64,000 nt of DNA from Utricularia gibba (lineage: Eukaryota > Plantae > Magnoliophyta). The notes beneath the pieces were generated by a model. The model had not been told where the DNA came from and did no database searches. It saw only the letters and a list, made by a program, of their open reading frames with translations. The translations under genes were made by a program, and so were the position numbers. The stretch covers positions 3,286,001-3,350,000 of the forward strand of contig NEEC01000011.1 of the NCBI GenBank assembly GCA_002189035.1. The letters run 5' to 3'. Below are positions 34,101 through 48,900 of the stretch, piece by piece; position 1 is the stretch's first letter; every line of letters begins with the position of its first letter.

Positions 34101-34850
34101 AATTATTTCCTTATATTAGCCTTCAATTGTGCCACAAAGTGGCCACGACGTTCGCGATGATGCGACTCGGGGCTTCCAATTCGACGCAAATGTGATTTCT
34201 CGCTTGCAAAACATATGCATTTCATTGGAAGGTGTGAAATTTTGTTTTAGAGGCGATCCCTTACAATGCCACGGTTGTGTTCCAACCCACACCTGATGCA
34301 GGCCTCGTGCACCATTCCGTATTTTGTCGATATCTTGAAAACCGTGATGAGCCACGTTCGCACGACACACCGTTTCGAAGCTCATTCTAGGCAGTCATCT
34401 TCCGTTTTGGAAGCTTCGTCGTCCGACAATATATCAGAGCTGAATTATTGCCTTATATTACCCTTCAAATTGTGCCACAAAGTGGCCACGACGTTCGCGA
34501 TGATGCGAGGACTTCCGATTCGACGCGAATGGGATTTCTCGCTTTCAAGACATATGGATTTCATTGGAAGGTGTGAAATTTTCGTTTTAGTGGCGATCCT
34601 TACAATGCCACGGTGTGTTCCAACCCACACCTGATGAAGGCCCGTGCACCATTCCGTATTTTGTCGATATCTTAAAAGCGTGATGAGCCGCGTTGCGCAT
34701 GACACACCGTTTCGAAGCTCATTCCGAGGCGGTCATCTTCCGTTTTGAAGCTTTGTCGTTCGACGATGTATCAGAGCTCGAATTATTGCCTTATATTAGC
34801 CTTCAATTGTGCCACAAAGTGGCCACGACGTTCGCGATGATGCGAGACTT
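16200..34850 (+). repeat. Two tandem copies of a ~9.3-9.4 kb (~28-monomer) higher-order block
   Basis: The same order of diagnostic monomer variants recurs at offsets of 9444, 9424, 9264 and 9259 bp. Confidence 0.7.
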
Positions 34851-37699
34851 CCGATTCGACGCGGAAAAGCTTCTCCGACTCAGAGCGAATTATTGCCTTA
34901 TATTACCCTTCAATTGTGCCACAAAGTGGCCACGACGTTCGCGATGATGCGAACTTCCGATTCGACGCGAATTGGATTTCTCGCTTTCAAAACATATGCA
35001 TTTCATTGGAAGGTGAATTTTGTTTAGAGGCGAACCCTTACAATGCCACGTGTGTTCCAACCCACACCTGATGCAGGCCTCGTGCACCATTCCGTATTTT
35101 GTAAATATCTTGAAAACCGTGATGAGCCTTGTTGCACACGACACACCGTTTCGAAGCTCATTCCAGAGCGGTCATCTTCCGTTTTTGAAGCTTCGTCGTT
35201 CGACGATGTATCAGAGATCGAATTATTGCCTTATATTAGCCTTCAATTGTGCCACAAAGTGGCCACGACGTTCGCGATGATGCGACCTCGGACTTCCGAT
35301 TCGACGCGAATGGGATTTCTCGCTTCAAACATATGCATTTCATTGGAAGGTGTGAAATTTTCGTTTTAGGCGATCCTTACAATGCCACGGTTGTGTTCCA
35401 ACCCACACCTGATGAAGGCCTCGTGCACCATTCCGTATTTTATCGATATCTTGAAACCGTGATGAGCCACGTTGCACGACACACCGTTTCGAAGCTCATT
35501 CCGGCGGTCATCTTCCGTTTTGAAGCTTCGTCGTCCGACAATATATCAGAGCTCGAATTATTGCCTTATATTACCCTTCAATTGTGCCACAAAGTGGCCA
35601 CGACGTTCGCGATGATGCGACCTCGGACTTCCGATTCGACGCGAATTGATTTCTCGCTTTCAAAACATGCATTTCATTGGAAGGTGTGAAATTTTCGTTT
35701 AGAGGCGATCCCTTACAATGCCACGGTTGTGTTCCAACCCACACCTGATGCAGGCCTCGTGCACCATTCCGTATTTTCTCGATATCTTGAAACCGTGATG
35801 AGCCACGTTGCGCACGACACACCGTTTCGAAGCTCATTCCAGGGCGGTCATCTTCCGTTTTTGAAGCTTCGTCGTCCGACAATATATCAGAGCTCGAATT
35901 ATTCCTTATATTACCCTTCAATTGTGCCACAAAGTGGCCACGACGTTCGCGATGATGCGACTCGGGCTTCCAATTCGACGCAAATGTGATTTCTCGCTTG
36001 CAAACATATGCATTTCATTGGAAGGTGTGAAATTTTCGTTTTAGAGGCGATCCCTTACAATGCCACGGTTGTGTTCCAACCCACACCTGATGCAGGGCCT
36101 CGTGCACCATTCCGTATTTTTCGATATCTTGAAAACCGTGATGAGCCACGTTTCGCACGACACACCGTTTCGAAGCTCATTCAGGCGGTCATCTTCCGTT
36201 TTGGAAGCTTCGTCGTCCGACAATATATCAGAGCTCGAATTATTGCCTTATATTACCCTTCAATTGTGCCACAAAGTGGCCACGACGTTCGCGATGATGC
36301 GACCTGGACTTCCGATTCGACGCGAATGGATTTCTCGCTTTCAAGACATATGGATTTCATTGGAAGGTGTGAAATTTTTCGTTTTAGAGGCGATCCTTAC
36401 AATGCCACGGGTGTGTTCCAACCCACACCTGATGAAGGCCTCGTGCACCATTCCGTATTTTGTCGATATCTTGAAAACGTGATGAGCCACGTTTGCGCAC
36501 GACACACCGTTTCGAAGCTCATTCCGAGGCGGTCATCTTCCGTTTGAAGCTTTGTCGTTCGACAATATATCAGAGCTCGAATTATTGCCTTATATTAGCC
36601 TTCAATTGTGCCACAAAGTGGCCACGACGTTCGCGATGATGCGACCTCGGACTTCCGATTCGACGCGAATGGGTTTTCTCGCATTCAAGACATATGGATT
36701 TCATTGGAAGGTGTGAAATTTTTGTTTTAGAGGCGATCCCTTACAATGCCACGGTTGTGTTCCAACCCACACCTGATGCAGGCCTCGTGCACCATTCCGT
36801 ATTTTGTCGATATCTTGAAAACCGTGATGAGCCGTTGCACACGACACACCGTTTCGAAGCTCATTCCAGGCGGTCATCTTCCGTTTTTGAAGCTTCGTCG
36901 TCGACGATGTATCAGAGCTCGAATTATTGCCTTATATTAGCCTTCAATTGTGCCACAAAGTGGCCACGACGTTCGCGATGATGCGACCTCGGACTTCCGA
37001 TTCGACGCGAATGGGTTTTCTCGCTTCAAACATATGGATTTCATTGGAAGGTGTGAAATTTTTGTTTTAGAGGCGAACCCTTACAATGCCACGGTTGTGT
37101 TCCAACCCACACCTGATGAGGCCTCGTGCACCATTCCGTATTTTGTCGATATCTTGAAAACCGTGATGAGCCACGTTGCACGACACACGTTTCGAAGCTC
37201 ATTCCAGCGGTCATCTTCCGTTTTGGAAGCTTCGTCGTCCGACGATGTATCAGAGCTCGAATTATTGCCTTATATTAGCCTTCAATTGTGCCACAAAGTG
37301 GCCACGACGTTCGCGATGATGCGACTCGGGACTTCCGATTCGACGCAAATGGGATTTCTCGCTTGCAAAACATATGCATTTCATTGGAAGGTGTGAAATT
37401 TTTGTTTTGAGGCGATCCCTTACAATGCGTGTGTTCCAACCCACACCTGATGCAGGCCTCGTGCACCATTCCGTATTTTGTCGATATCTTGAAAACCGTG
37501 ATGAGCCACGTTCGCACGACACACCGTTTCGAAGCTCATTCGAGGCGGTCATCTTCCGTTTTGAAGCTTCGTCGTCCGACGATGTATCAGAGCTCGAATT
37601 ATTGCCTTATATTACCCTTCAATTGTGCCACAAAGTGGCCACGACGTTCGCGATGATGCGACCTCGGACTTCCGATTCGACGCGAATGGGTTTTCTCGC

Positions 37700-40600
37700 A
37701 TTCAAGACATATGGATTTCATTGGAAGGTATGAAATTTTTGTTTTAGAGGCGAACCCTTACAATGCCACGGTTGTGTTCCAACCCACACCTGATGCAGGC
37801 CTCGTGCACCATTCCGTATTTTGTAAATATCTTGAAAACCGTGATGAGCCTTGTTGCACACGACACACCGTTTCGAAGCTCATTCCAGAGCGGTCATCTT
37901 CCGTTTTTGAAGCTTCGTCGTCCGACGATGTATCAGAGATCGAATTATTGCCTTATATTAGCCTTCAATTGTGCCACAAAGTGGCCACGACGTTCGCGAT
38001 GATGCGACTGGGCTTCCGATTCGACGCAAATGTGATTTCTCGCTTGCAAAACATATGCATTTCATTGGAAGGTGTGAAATTTTTTTTAGAGGCGATCCCT
38101 TACAATGCACGGTGTGTTCCAACCCACACCTGATGCAGGCCTCGTGCACCATTCCGTATTTTATCGATATCTTGAAAACCGTGATGAGCCACGTTTCGCA
38201 CGACACACCGTTTCGAAGCTCATTCCAGGGTCATCTTCCGTTTGGAAGCTTCGTCGTCCGACAATATATCAGAGCTCGAATTATTGCCTTATATTACCCT
38301 TCAATTGTGCCACAAAGTGGCCACGACGTTCGCGATGATGCGACCTCGGACTTCCGATTCGACGCGAATGGGATTTCTCGCTTTCAAAACATATGGATTT
38401 CATTGGAAGGTGTGAAATTTTCGTTTTAGAGGCGATCCCTTACAATGCCACGGTGTGTTCCAACCCACACCTGATGCAGGCCTCGTGCACCATTCCGTAT
38501 TTTATCGATATCTTGAAAACCGTGATGAGCCACGTTGCGCACGACACACCGTTTCGAAGCTCATTCCAGGGCGGTCATCTTCCGTTTTGGAAGCTTCGTC
38601 GTCCGACAATATATCAGAGCTCGAATTATTGCCTTATATTAGCCTTCAATTGTGCCACAAAGTGGCCACGACGTTCGCGATGATGCGACCTCGGACTTCC
38701 GATTCGACGCGAATGGGATTTCTCGCTTTCAAGACATATGGATTTCATTGGAAGGTGTGAAATTTTCGTTTTAGAGGCGATCCCTTACAATGCCACGGGT
38801 GTGTTCCAACCCACACCTGATGCAGGCCTCGTGCACCATTCCGTATTTTGTCGATATCTTGAAAACCGTGATGAGCCACGTTTCGCACGACACACCGTTT
38901 CGAAGCTCATTCCGAGGCGGTCATCTTCCGTTTTGAAGCTTCGTCGTCCGACAATATATCAGAGCTCGAATTATTGCCTTATATTAGCCTTCAATTGTGC
39001 CACAAAGTGGCCACGACGTTCGCGATGATGCGACCTCGGACTTCCGATTCGACGCGAATGGGTTTTCTCGCATTCAAGACATATGGATTTCATTGGAAGG
39101 TATGAAATTTTTGTTTAAGAGGCGAACCCTTACAATGCCACGGTTGTGTTCCAACCCACACCTGATGAAGGCCTCGTGCACCATTCCGTATTTTGTCGAT
39201 ATCTTGAAAACCGTGATGAGCCACGTTTCGCACGACACACCGTTTCGAAGCTCATTCCAGCGGTCATCTTCCGTTTTGAAGCTTCGTCGTCCGACGATGT
39301 ATCAGAGCTCGAATTATTGCCTTATATTAGCCTTCAATTGTGCCACAAAGTGGCCACGACGTTCGCGATGATGCGACTCGGGACTTCCGATTCGACGCAA
39401 TGGATTTCTCGCTTGCAAAACATATGCATTTCATTGGAAGGTGTGAAATTTTGTTTTTGAGGCGATCCCTTACAATGCAACGGTGTGTTCCAACCCACAC
39501 CTGATGCAGGCCTCGTGCACCATTCCGTATTTTGTCGATATCTTGAAAACCGTGATGAGCCACGTTCCGCACGACACACCGTTTCGAAGCTCATTCGAGG
39601 CGGTCATCTTCCGTTTTGGAAGCTTCGTCGTCGACGATGTATCAGAGCTCGAATTATTGCCTTATATTACCCTTCAATTGTGCCACAAAGTGGCCACGAC
39701 GTTCGCGATGATGCGACCTCGGACTTCCGATTCGACGCGAATGGGTTTTCTCGCATTCAAGACATATGGATTTCATTGGAAGGTATGAAATTTTTGTTTA
39801 GAGGCGAACCCTTACAATGCCACGGTTGTGTTCCAACCCACACCTGATGCAGGCCTCGTGCACCATTCCGTATTTTGTAAATATCTTGAAAACCGTGATG
39901 AGCCTTGTTGCACACGACACACCGTTTCGAAGCTCATTCCAGAGCGGTCATCTTCCGTTTTTGAAGCTTCGTCGTTCGACGATGTATCAGAGATCGAATT
40001 ATTGCCTTATATTAGCCTTCAATTGTGCCACAAAGTGGCCACGACGTACGCGATGATGCGACTCGGGGCTTCCAATTCGACGCAAATGTGATTTCTCGCT
40101 TGCAAAATATGCATTTCATTGGAAGGTGTGAAATTTTTGTTTTTGAGGCGATCCCTTACAATGGCACGGTTGTGTTCCAACCCACACCTGATGCAGGCCT
40201 CGTGCACCATTCCGTATTTTATCGATATCTTGAAAACCGTGATGAGCCACGTTTCGCACGACACACCGTTTCGAAGCTCATTCCGAGGCGGTCATCTTCC
40301 GTTTTGAAGCTTTGTCGTTCGACAATATATCAGAGCTCGAATTATTGCCTTATATTAGCCTTCAATTGTGCCACAAAGTGGCCACGACGTTCGCGATGAT
40401 GCGACCTCGGACTTCCGATTCGACGCGAATGGGTTTTCTCGCATTCAAGACATATGGATTTCATTGGAAGGTATGAAATTTTTGTTTTAGAGGCGAACCC
40501 TTACAATGCCACGGTGTGTTCCAACCCACACCTGATGCAGGCCTCGTGCACCATTCCGTATTTTGTAAATATCTTGAAAACCGTGATGAGCCTTGTTGCA

Positions 40601-43600
40601 CACGACACACCGTTTCGAAGCTCATTCCAGAGCGGTCATCTTCCGTTTTTGAAGCTTCGTCGTCCGACGATGTATCAGAGATCGAATTATTGCCTTATAT
40701 TAGCCTTCAATTGTGCCACAAAGTGGCCACGACGTCGCGATGATGCGACTGGGCTTCCGATTCGACGCAAATGTGATTTCTCGCTTGCAAAACATATGCA
40801 TTTCATTGGAAGGTGTGAAATTTTTTTTAGAGGCGATCCCTTACAATGCACGGTGTGTTCCAACCCACACCTGATGCAGGCCTCGTGCACCATTCCGTAT
40901 TTTATCGATATCTTGAAAACCGTGATGAGCCACGTTTCGCACGACACACCGTTTCGAAGCTCATTCCAGGAGTCATCTTCCGTTTTGGAAGCTTCGTCGT
41001 CCGACAATATATCAGAGCTCGAATTATTGCCTTATATTACCCTTCAATTGTGCCACAAAGTGGCCACGACGTTCGCGATGATGCGACCTCGGACTTCCGA
41101 TTCGACGCGAATGGGATTTCTCGCTTTCAAAACATATGGATTTCATTGGAAGGTGTGAAATTTTCGTTTTAGAGGCGATCCCTTACAATGCCACGGTGTG
41201 TTCCAACCCACACCTGATGCAGGCCTCGTGCACCATTCCGTATTTTATCGATATCTTGAAACCGTGATGAGCCACGTTGCGCACGACACACCGTTTCGAA
41301 GCTCATTCCAGGGCGGTCATCTTCCGTTTTGAAGCTTCGTCGTCCGACAATATATCAGAGCTCGAATTATTGCCTTATATTAGCCTTCAATTGTGCCACA
41401 AAGTGGCCACGACGTTCGCGATGATGCGACCTCGGACTTCCGATTCGACGCGAATGGGATTTCTCGCTTTCAAACATATGGATTTCATTGGAAGGTGTGA
41501 AATTTTCGTTTTAGAGGCGATCCCTTACAATGCCACGGTGTGTTCCAACCCACACTGATGCAGGCCTCGTGCACCATTCCGTATTTTGTCGATATCTTGA
41601 AAACCGTGATGAGCCACGTTTCGCACGACACACCGTTTCGAAGCTCATTCCGAGGCGGTCATCTTCCGTTTTGGAAGCTTCGTCGTCCGACAATATATCA
41701 GAGCTCGAATTATTGCCTTATATTGCCTTCAATTGTGCCACAAAGTGGCCACGACGTTCGCGATGATGCGACCTCGGACTTCCGATTCGACGCGAATGGG
41801 TTTTCTCGCATTCAAGACATATGGATTTCATTGGAAGGTATGAAATTTTTGTTTAAGAGGCGAACCCTTACAATGCCACGGTTGTGTTCCAACCCACACC
41901 TGATGAAGGCCTCGTGCACCATTCCGTATTTTGTCGATATCTTGAAAACCGTGATGAGCCACGTTGCGCACGACACACCGTTTCGAAGCTCATTCCAGCG
42001 GTCATCTTCCGTTTTGGAAGCTTCGTCGTCCGACGATGTATCAGAGCTCGAATTATTGCCTTATATTAGCCTTCAATTGTGCCACAAAGTGGCCACGACG
42101 TTCGCGATGATGCGACTCGGGACTTCCGATTCGACGCAATGGGATTTCTCGCTTGCAAAACATATGCATTTCATTGGAAGGTGTGAAATTTTTGTTTTGA
42201 GGCGATCCCTTACAATGCACGGTTGTGTTCCAACCCACACCTGATGCAGGCCTCGTGCACCATTCCGTATTTTGTCGATATCTTGAAAACCGTGATGAGC
42301 CACGTTGCGCACGACACACCGTTTCGAAGCTCATTTTGAGGCGGTCATCTTCCGTTTTGAAGCTTCGTCGTCCGACGATGTATCAGAGCTCGAATTATTG
42401 CCTTATATTACCCTTCAATTGTGCCACAAAGTGGCCACGACGTTCGCGATGATGCGACCTCGGACTTCCGATTCGACGCGAATGGGTTTTCTCGCATTCA
42501 AACATATGGATTTCATTGGAAGGTATGAAATTTTTGTTTTAGAGGCGAACCCTTACAATGCCACGGTTGTGTTCCAACCCACACCTGATGCAGGCCTCGT
42601 GCACCATTCCGTATTTTGTAAATATCTTGAAAACCGTGATGAGCCTTGTTGCACACGACACACCGTTTCGAAGCTCATTCCAGAGCGGTCATCTTCCGTT
42701 TTTGAAGCTTCGTCGTCCGACGATGTATCAGAGATCGAATTATTGCCTTATATTAGCCTTCAATTGTGCCACAAAGTGGCCACGACGTCGCGATGATGCG
42801 ACTCGGGCTTCCAATTCGACGCAAATGTGATTTCTCGCTTGCAAAATATGCATTTCATTGGAAGGTGTGAAATTTTTGTTTTTGAGGCGATCCCTTACAA
42901 TGGGTTGTGTTCCAACCCACACCTGATGCAGGCCTCGTGCACCATTCCGTATTTTATCGATATCTTGAAAACCGTGATGAGCCACGTTTCGCACGACACA
43001 CCGTTTCGAAGCTCATTCCGAGGCGGTCATCTTCCGTTTCGAAGCTTTGTCGTTCGACAATATATCAGAGCTCGAATTATTGCCTTATATTAGCCTTCAA
43101 TTGTGCCACAAAGTGGCCACGACGTTCGCGATGATGCGACCTCGGACTTCCGATTCGACGCGAATGGGTTTTCTCGCATTCAAGACATATGGATTTCATT
43201 GGAAGGTATGAAATTTTGTTTTAGAGGCGAACCCTTACAATGCCACGGTGTGTTCCAACCCACACCTGATGCAGGCCTCGTGCACCATTCCGTATTTTGT
43301 AAATATCTTGAAAACCGTGATGAGCCTTGTTGCACACGACACACCGTTTCGAAGCTCATTCCAGAGCGGTCATCTTCCGTTTTTGAAGCTTCGTCGTCCG
43401 ACGATGTATCAGAGATCGAATTATTGCCTTATATTAGCCTTCAATTGTGCCACAAAGTGGCCACGACGTCGCGATGATGCGACTGGGCTTCCGATTCGAC
43501 GCAAATGTGATTTCTCGCTTGCAAAACATATGCATTTCATTGGAAGGTGTGAAATTTTTTTTAGAGGCGATCCCTTACAATGCACGGTGTGTTCCAACCC

Positions 43601-45900
43601 ACCTGATGCAGGCCTCGTGCACCATTCCGTATTTTATCGATATCTTGAAAACCGTGATGAGCCACGTTGCACGACACACCGTTTCGAAGCTCATTCCAGG
43701 GTCATCTTCCGTTTTGGAAGCTTCGTCGTCCGACAATATATCAGAGCTCGAATTATTGCCTTATATTACCCTTCAATTGTGCCAAAAAGTGGCCACGACG
43801 TTCGCGATGATGCGACCTCGGACTTCCGATTCGACGCGAATGGGATTTCTCGCTTTCAAAACATATGGATTTCATTGGAAGGTGTGAAATTTTCGTTTTA
43901 GAGGCGATCCCTTACAATGCCACGGTGTGTTCCAACCCACACCTGATGCAGGCCTCGTGCACCATTCCGTATTTTATCGATATCTTGAAACCGTGATGAG
44001 CCACGTTGCGCACGACACACCGTTTCGAAGCTCATTCCAGGGCGGTCATCTTCCGTTTTGAAGCTTCGTCGTCCGACAATATATCAGAGCTCGAATTATT
44101 GCCTTATATTAGCCTTCAATTGTGCCACAAAGTGGCCACGACGTTCGCGATGATGCGACCTCGGACTTCCGATTCGACGCGAATGGGATTTCTCGCTTCA
44201 AGACATATGGATTTCATTGGAAGGTGTGAAATTTTCGTTTTGAGGCGATCCCTTACAATGCCACGGGTGTGTTCCAACCCACACCTGATGCAGGCCTCGT
44301 GCACCATTCCGTATTTTGTCGATATCTTGAAAACCGTGATGAGCCACGTTTCGCACGACACACCGTTTCGAAGCTCATTCCGAGGCGGTCATCTTCCGTT
44401 TTGAAGCTTCGTCGTCCGACAATATATCAGAGCTCGAATTATTGCCTTATATTAGCCTTCAATTGTGCCACAAAGTGGCCACGACGTTCGCGATGATGCG
44501 ACCTCGGACTTCCGATTCGACGCGAATGGGTTTTCTCGCTTCAAACATATGGATTTCATTGGAAGGTATGAAATTTTTGTTTTAGAGGCGAACCCTTACA
44601 ATGCCACGTTGTGTTCCAACCCACACCTGATGAAGGCCTCGTGCACCATTCCGTATTTTGTCGATATCTTGAAAACCGTGATGAGCCACGTTCGCACGAC
44701 ACACGTTTCGAAGCTCATCTTCGTTTTGAAGCTTCGTCGTCCGACGATGTATCAGAGCTCGAATTATTGCCTTATATTAGCCTTCAATTGTGCCACAAAG
44801 TGGCCACGACGTTCGCGATGATGCGACTCGGGACTTCCGATTCGACGCAATGGGATTTCTCGCTTGCAAAACATATGCATTTCATTGGAAGGTGTGAAAT
44901 TTTTGTTTTGAGGCGATCCCTTACAATGCACGGTGTGTTCCAACCCACACCTGATGCAGGCCTCGTGCACCATTCCGTATTTTGTCGATATCTTGAAAAC
45001 CGTGATGAGCCACGTTCGCACGACACACCGTTTCGAAGCTCAGAGGCGGTCATCTTCCGTTTTGAAGCTTCGTCGTCCGACGATGTATCAGAGCTCGAAT
45101 TATTGCCTTATATTACCCTTCAATTGTGCCACAAAGTGGCCACGACGTTCGCGATGATGCGACCTCGGACTTCCGATTCGACGCGAATGGGTTTTCTCGC
45201 ATTCAAGACATATGGATTTCATTGGAAGGTATGAAATTTTTGTTTTAGAGGCGAACCCTTACAATGCCACGGTTGTGTTCCAACCCACACCTGATGCAGG
45301 CCTCGTGCACCATTCCGTATTTTTGTAAATATCTTGAAAACCGTGATGAGCCTTGTTGCACACGACACACCGTTTCGAAGCTCATTCCAGAGCGGTCATC
45401 TTCCGTTTTTGAAGCTTCGTCGTCCGACGATGTATCAGAGCTCGAATTATTGCCTTATATTAGCCTTCAATTGTGCCACAAAGTGGCCACGACGTTCGCG
45501 ATGATGCGACTCGGGGCTTCCATTCGACGCAAATGGATTTCTCGCTTCAAAACATGCATTTCATTGGAAGGTGTGAAATTTTTGTTTTTGAGGCGATCCC
45601 TTACAATGCCACGGTTGTGTTCCAACCCACACCTGATGCAGGCCTCGTGCACCATTCCGTATTTTATCGATATCTTGAAAACCGTGATGAGCCACGTTTC
45701 GCACGACACACCGTTTCGAAGCTCATTCCGAGGCGGTCATCTTCCGTTTTGAAGCTTTGTCGTCCGACAATATATCAGAGCTCGAATTATTGCCTTATAT
45801 TAGCCTTCAATTGTGCCACAAAGTGGCCACGACGTTCGCGATGATGCGACTCGGACTTCCGATTCGACGCGAATGGGATTTCTCGCTTCAAACATATGCA
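37700..45900 (+). repeat. 8-monomer higher-order repeat (~2.74 kb) x3
   Basis: Marker gcgactgggcttccgatt at 38004, 40745 and 43479; marker ctcgggacttccgattcgacgcaatgg at 39377, 42116 and 44827. Confidence 0.8.
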
Positions 45901-48900
45901 TTTCATTGGAAGGTGTGAAATTTTCGTTTTGAGGCGATCCCTTACAATGCCACGTGTGTTTCCAACCCACACCTGATGCAGGCCTCGTGCACCATTCCGT
46001 ATTTTTCGATATCTTGAAAACCGTGATGAGCCACGTTGCGCACGACACACCGTTTCGAAGCTCATTCCAGCGGTCATCTTCCGTTTTGAAGCTTCGTCGT
46101 CCGACAATATATCAGAGCTCGAATTATTGCCTTATATTAGCCTTCAATTGTGCCACAAAAGTGGCCACGACGTTCGCGATGATGCGACTCGGACTTCCGA
46201 TTCGACGCGAATGGGTTTTCTCGCTTCAAGACATATGGATTTCATTGGAAGGTATGAAATTTTTGTTTTAGAGGCGAACCCTTACAATGCCACGGTTGTG
46301 TTCCAACCCACACCTGATGCAGGCCTCGTGCACCATTCCGTATTTTGTAAATATCTTGAAAACCGTGATGAGCCTTGTTGCACACGACACACCGTTTCGA
46401 AGCTCATTCCAGAGCGGTCATCTTCCGTTTTGAAGCTTCGTCGTCCGACGATGTATCAGAGCTCGAATTATTGCCTTATATTAGCCTTCAATTGTGCCAC
46501 AAAGTGGCCACGACGTCGCGATGATGCGACTCGGGGCTTCCAATTCGACGCAAATGTGATTTCTCGCTTGCAAAATATGCATTTCATTGGAAGGTGTGAA
46601 ATTTTTGTTTTTGAGGCGATCCCTTACAATGCCACGGTTGTGTTCCAACCCACACCTGATGCAGGCCTCGTGCACCATTCCGTATTTTATCGATATCTTG
46701 AAAACCGTGATGAGCCACGTTCGCACGACACACCGTTTCGAAGCTCATTCCGAGGCGGTCATCTTCCGTTTTGAAGCTTTGTCGTTCGACAATATATCAG
46801 AGCTCGAATTATTGCCTTATATTAGCCTTCAATTGTGCCACAAAGTGGCCACGACGTTCGCGATGATGCGACCTCGGACTTCCGATTCGACGCGAATGGG
46901 TTTTCTCGCTTCAAGACATATGCATTTCATTGGAAGGTGTGAAATTTTCGTTTTAGAGGCGATCCCTTACAATGCCACGGTGTGTTCCAACCCACACCTG
47001 ATGCAGGCCTCGTGCACCATTCCGTATTTTTCGATATCTTGAAACCGTGATGAGCCACGTTGCGCACGACACACCGTTTCGAAGCTCATTCCGAGCGGTC
47101 ATCTTCCGTTTGAAGCTTTGTCGTTCGACAATATATCAGAGCTCGAATTATTGCCTTATATTAGCCTTCAATTGTGCCACAAAGTGGCCACGACGTTCGC
47201 GATGATGCGACCTCGGACTTCCGATTCGACGCGAATGGGTTTTCTCGCTTCAAGACATATGGATTTCATTGGAAGGTATGAAATTTTTGTTTTAGAGGCG
47301 AACCCTTACAATGCCACGGTTGTGTTCCAACCCACACCTGATGCAGGCCTCGTGCACCATTCCGTATTTTGTAAATATCTTGAAAACCGTGATGAGCCTT
47401 GTTGCACACGACACACCGTTTCGAAGCTCATTCCAGAGCGGTCATCTTCCGTTTTTGAAGCTTCGTCGTCGACGATGTATCAGAGCTCGAATTATTGCCT
47501 TATATTAGCCTTCAATTGTGCCACAAAGTGGCCACGACGTTCGATGATGCGACTCGGGGCTTCCAATTCGACGCAAATGTGATTTCTCGCTTGCAAAATA
47601 TGCATTTCATTGGAAGGTGTGAAATTTTTGTTTTTGAGGCGATCCCTTACAATGCCACGGTTGTGTTCCAACCCACACCTGATGCAGGCCTCGTGCACCA
47701 TTCCGTATTTTATCGATATCTTGAAAACCGTGATGAGCCACGTTGCACGACACACCGTTTCGAAGCTCATTCCGAGGCGGTCATCTTCCGTTTTGAAGCT
47801 TTGTCGTTCGACAATATATCAGAGCTCGAATTATTGCCTTATATTACCCTTCAATTGTGCCACAAAGTGGCCACGACGTTCGCGATGATGCGACTCGGGC
47901 TTCCATTCGACGCGAATGGATTTCTCGCTTGCAAAACACATGCATTTCATTGGAAGGTGTGAAATTTTTCGTTTTAGAGGCGATCCCTTACAATGCCACG
48001 GTTGTGTTCCAACCCACACCTGATGCAGGCCTCGTGCACCATTCCGTATTTTGTCGATATCTTGAAAACCGTGATGAGCCACGTTTCGCACGACACACCG
48101 TTTCGAAGCTCATTCAGGGCGGTCATCTTCCGTTTTGAAGCTTCGTCGTCCGACAATATATCAGAGCTCGAATTATTGCCTTATATTACCCTTCAATTGT
48201 GCCACAAAGTGGCCACGACGTTCGCGATGATGCGACCTCGGACTTCCGATTCGACGCGAATGGGATTTCTCGCTTTCAAGACATATGGATTTCATTGGAA
48301 GGTGTGAAATTTTCGTTTTAGAGGCGATCCCTTACAATGCCACGGTGTGTTCCAACCCACACCTGATGCAGGCCTGTGCACCATTCCGTATTTTGTCGAT
48401 ATCTTGAAAACCGTGATGAGCCACGTTCGCACGACACACCGTTTCGAAGCTCATTCGAGGCGGTCATCTTCCGTTTTGAAGCTTCGTCGTCCGACGATGT
48501 ATCAGAGCTCGAATTATTGCCTTATATTACCTTCAATTGTGCCACAAAGTGGCCACGACGTTCGCGATGATGCGACCTCGGACTTCCGATTCGACGCGAA
48601 TGGGATTTCTCGCTTTCAAACATATGGATTTCATTGGAAGGTGTGAAATTTTCGTTTTAGAGGCGATCCTTACAATGCCACGGTGTGTTCCAACCCACAC
48701 CTGATGCAGGCCTCGTGCACCATTCCGTATTTTTCGATATCTTGAAAACCGTGATGAGCCACGTTGCACACGACACACCGTTTCGAAGCTCATTCCGAGG
48801 CGGTCATCTTCCGTTTGAAGCTTTGTCGTTCGACAATATATCAGAGCTCGAATTATTGCCTTATATTACCTTCAATTGTGCCACAAAGTGGCCACGACGT

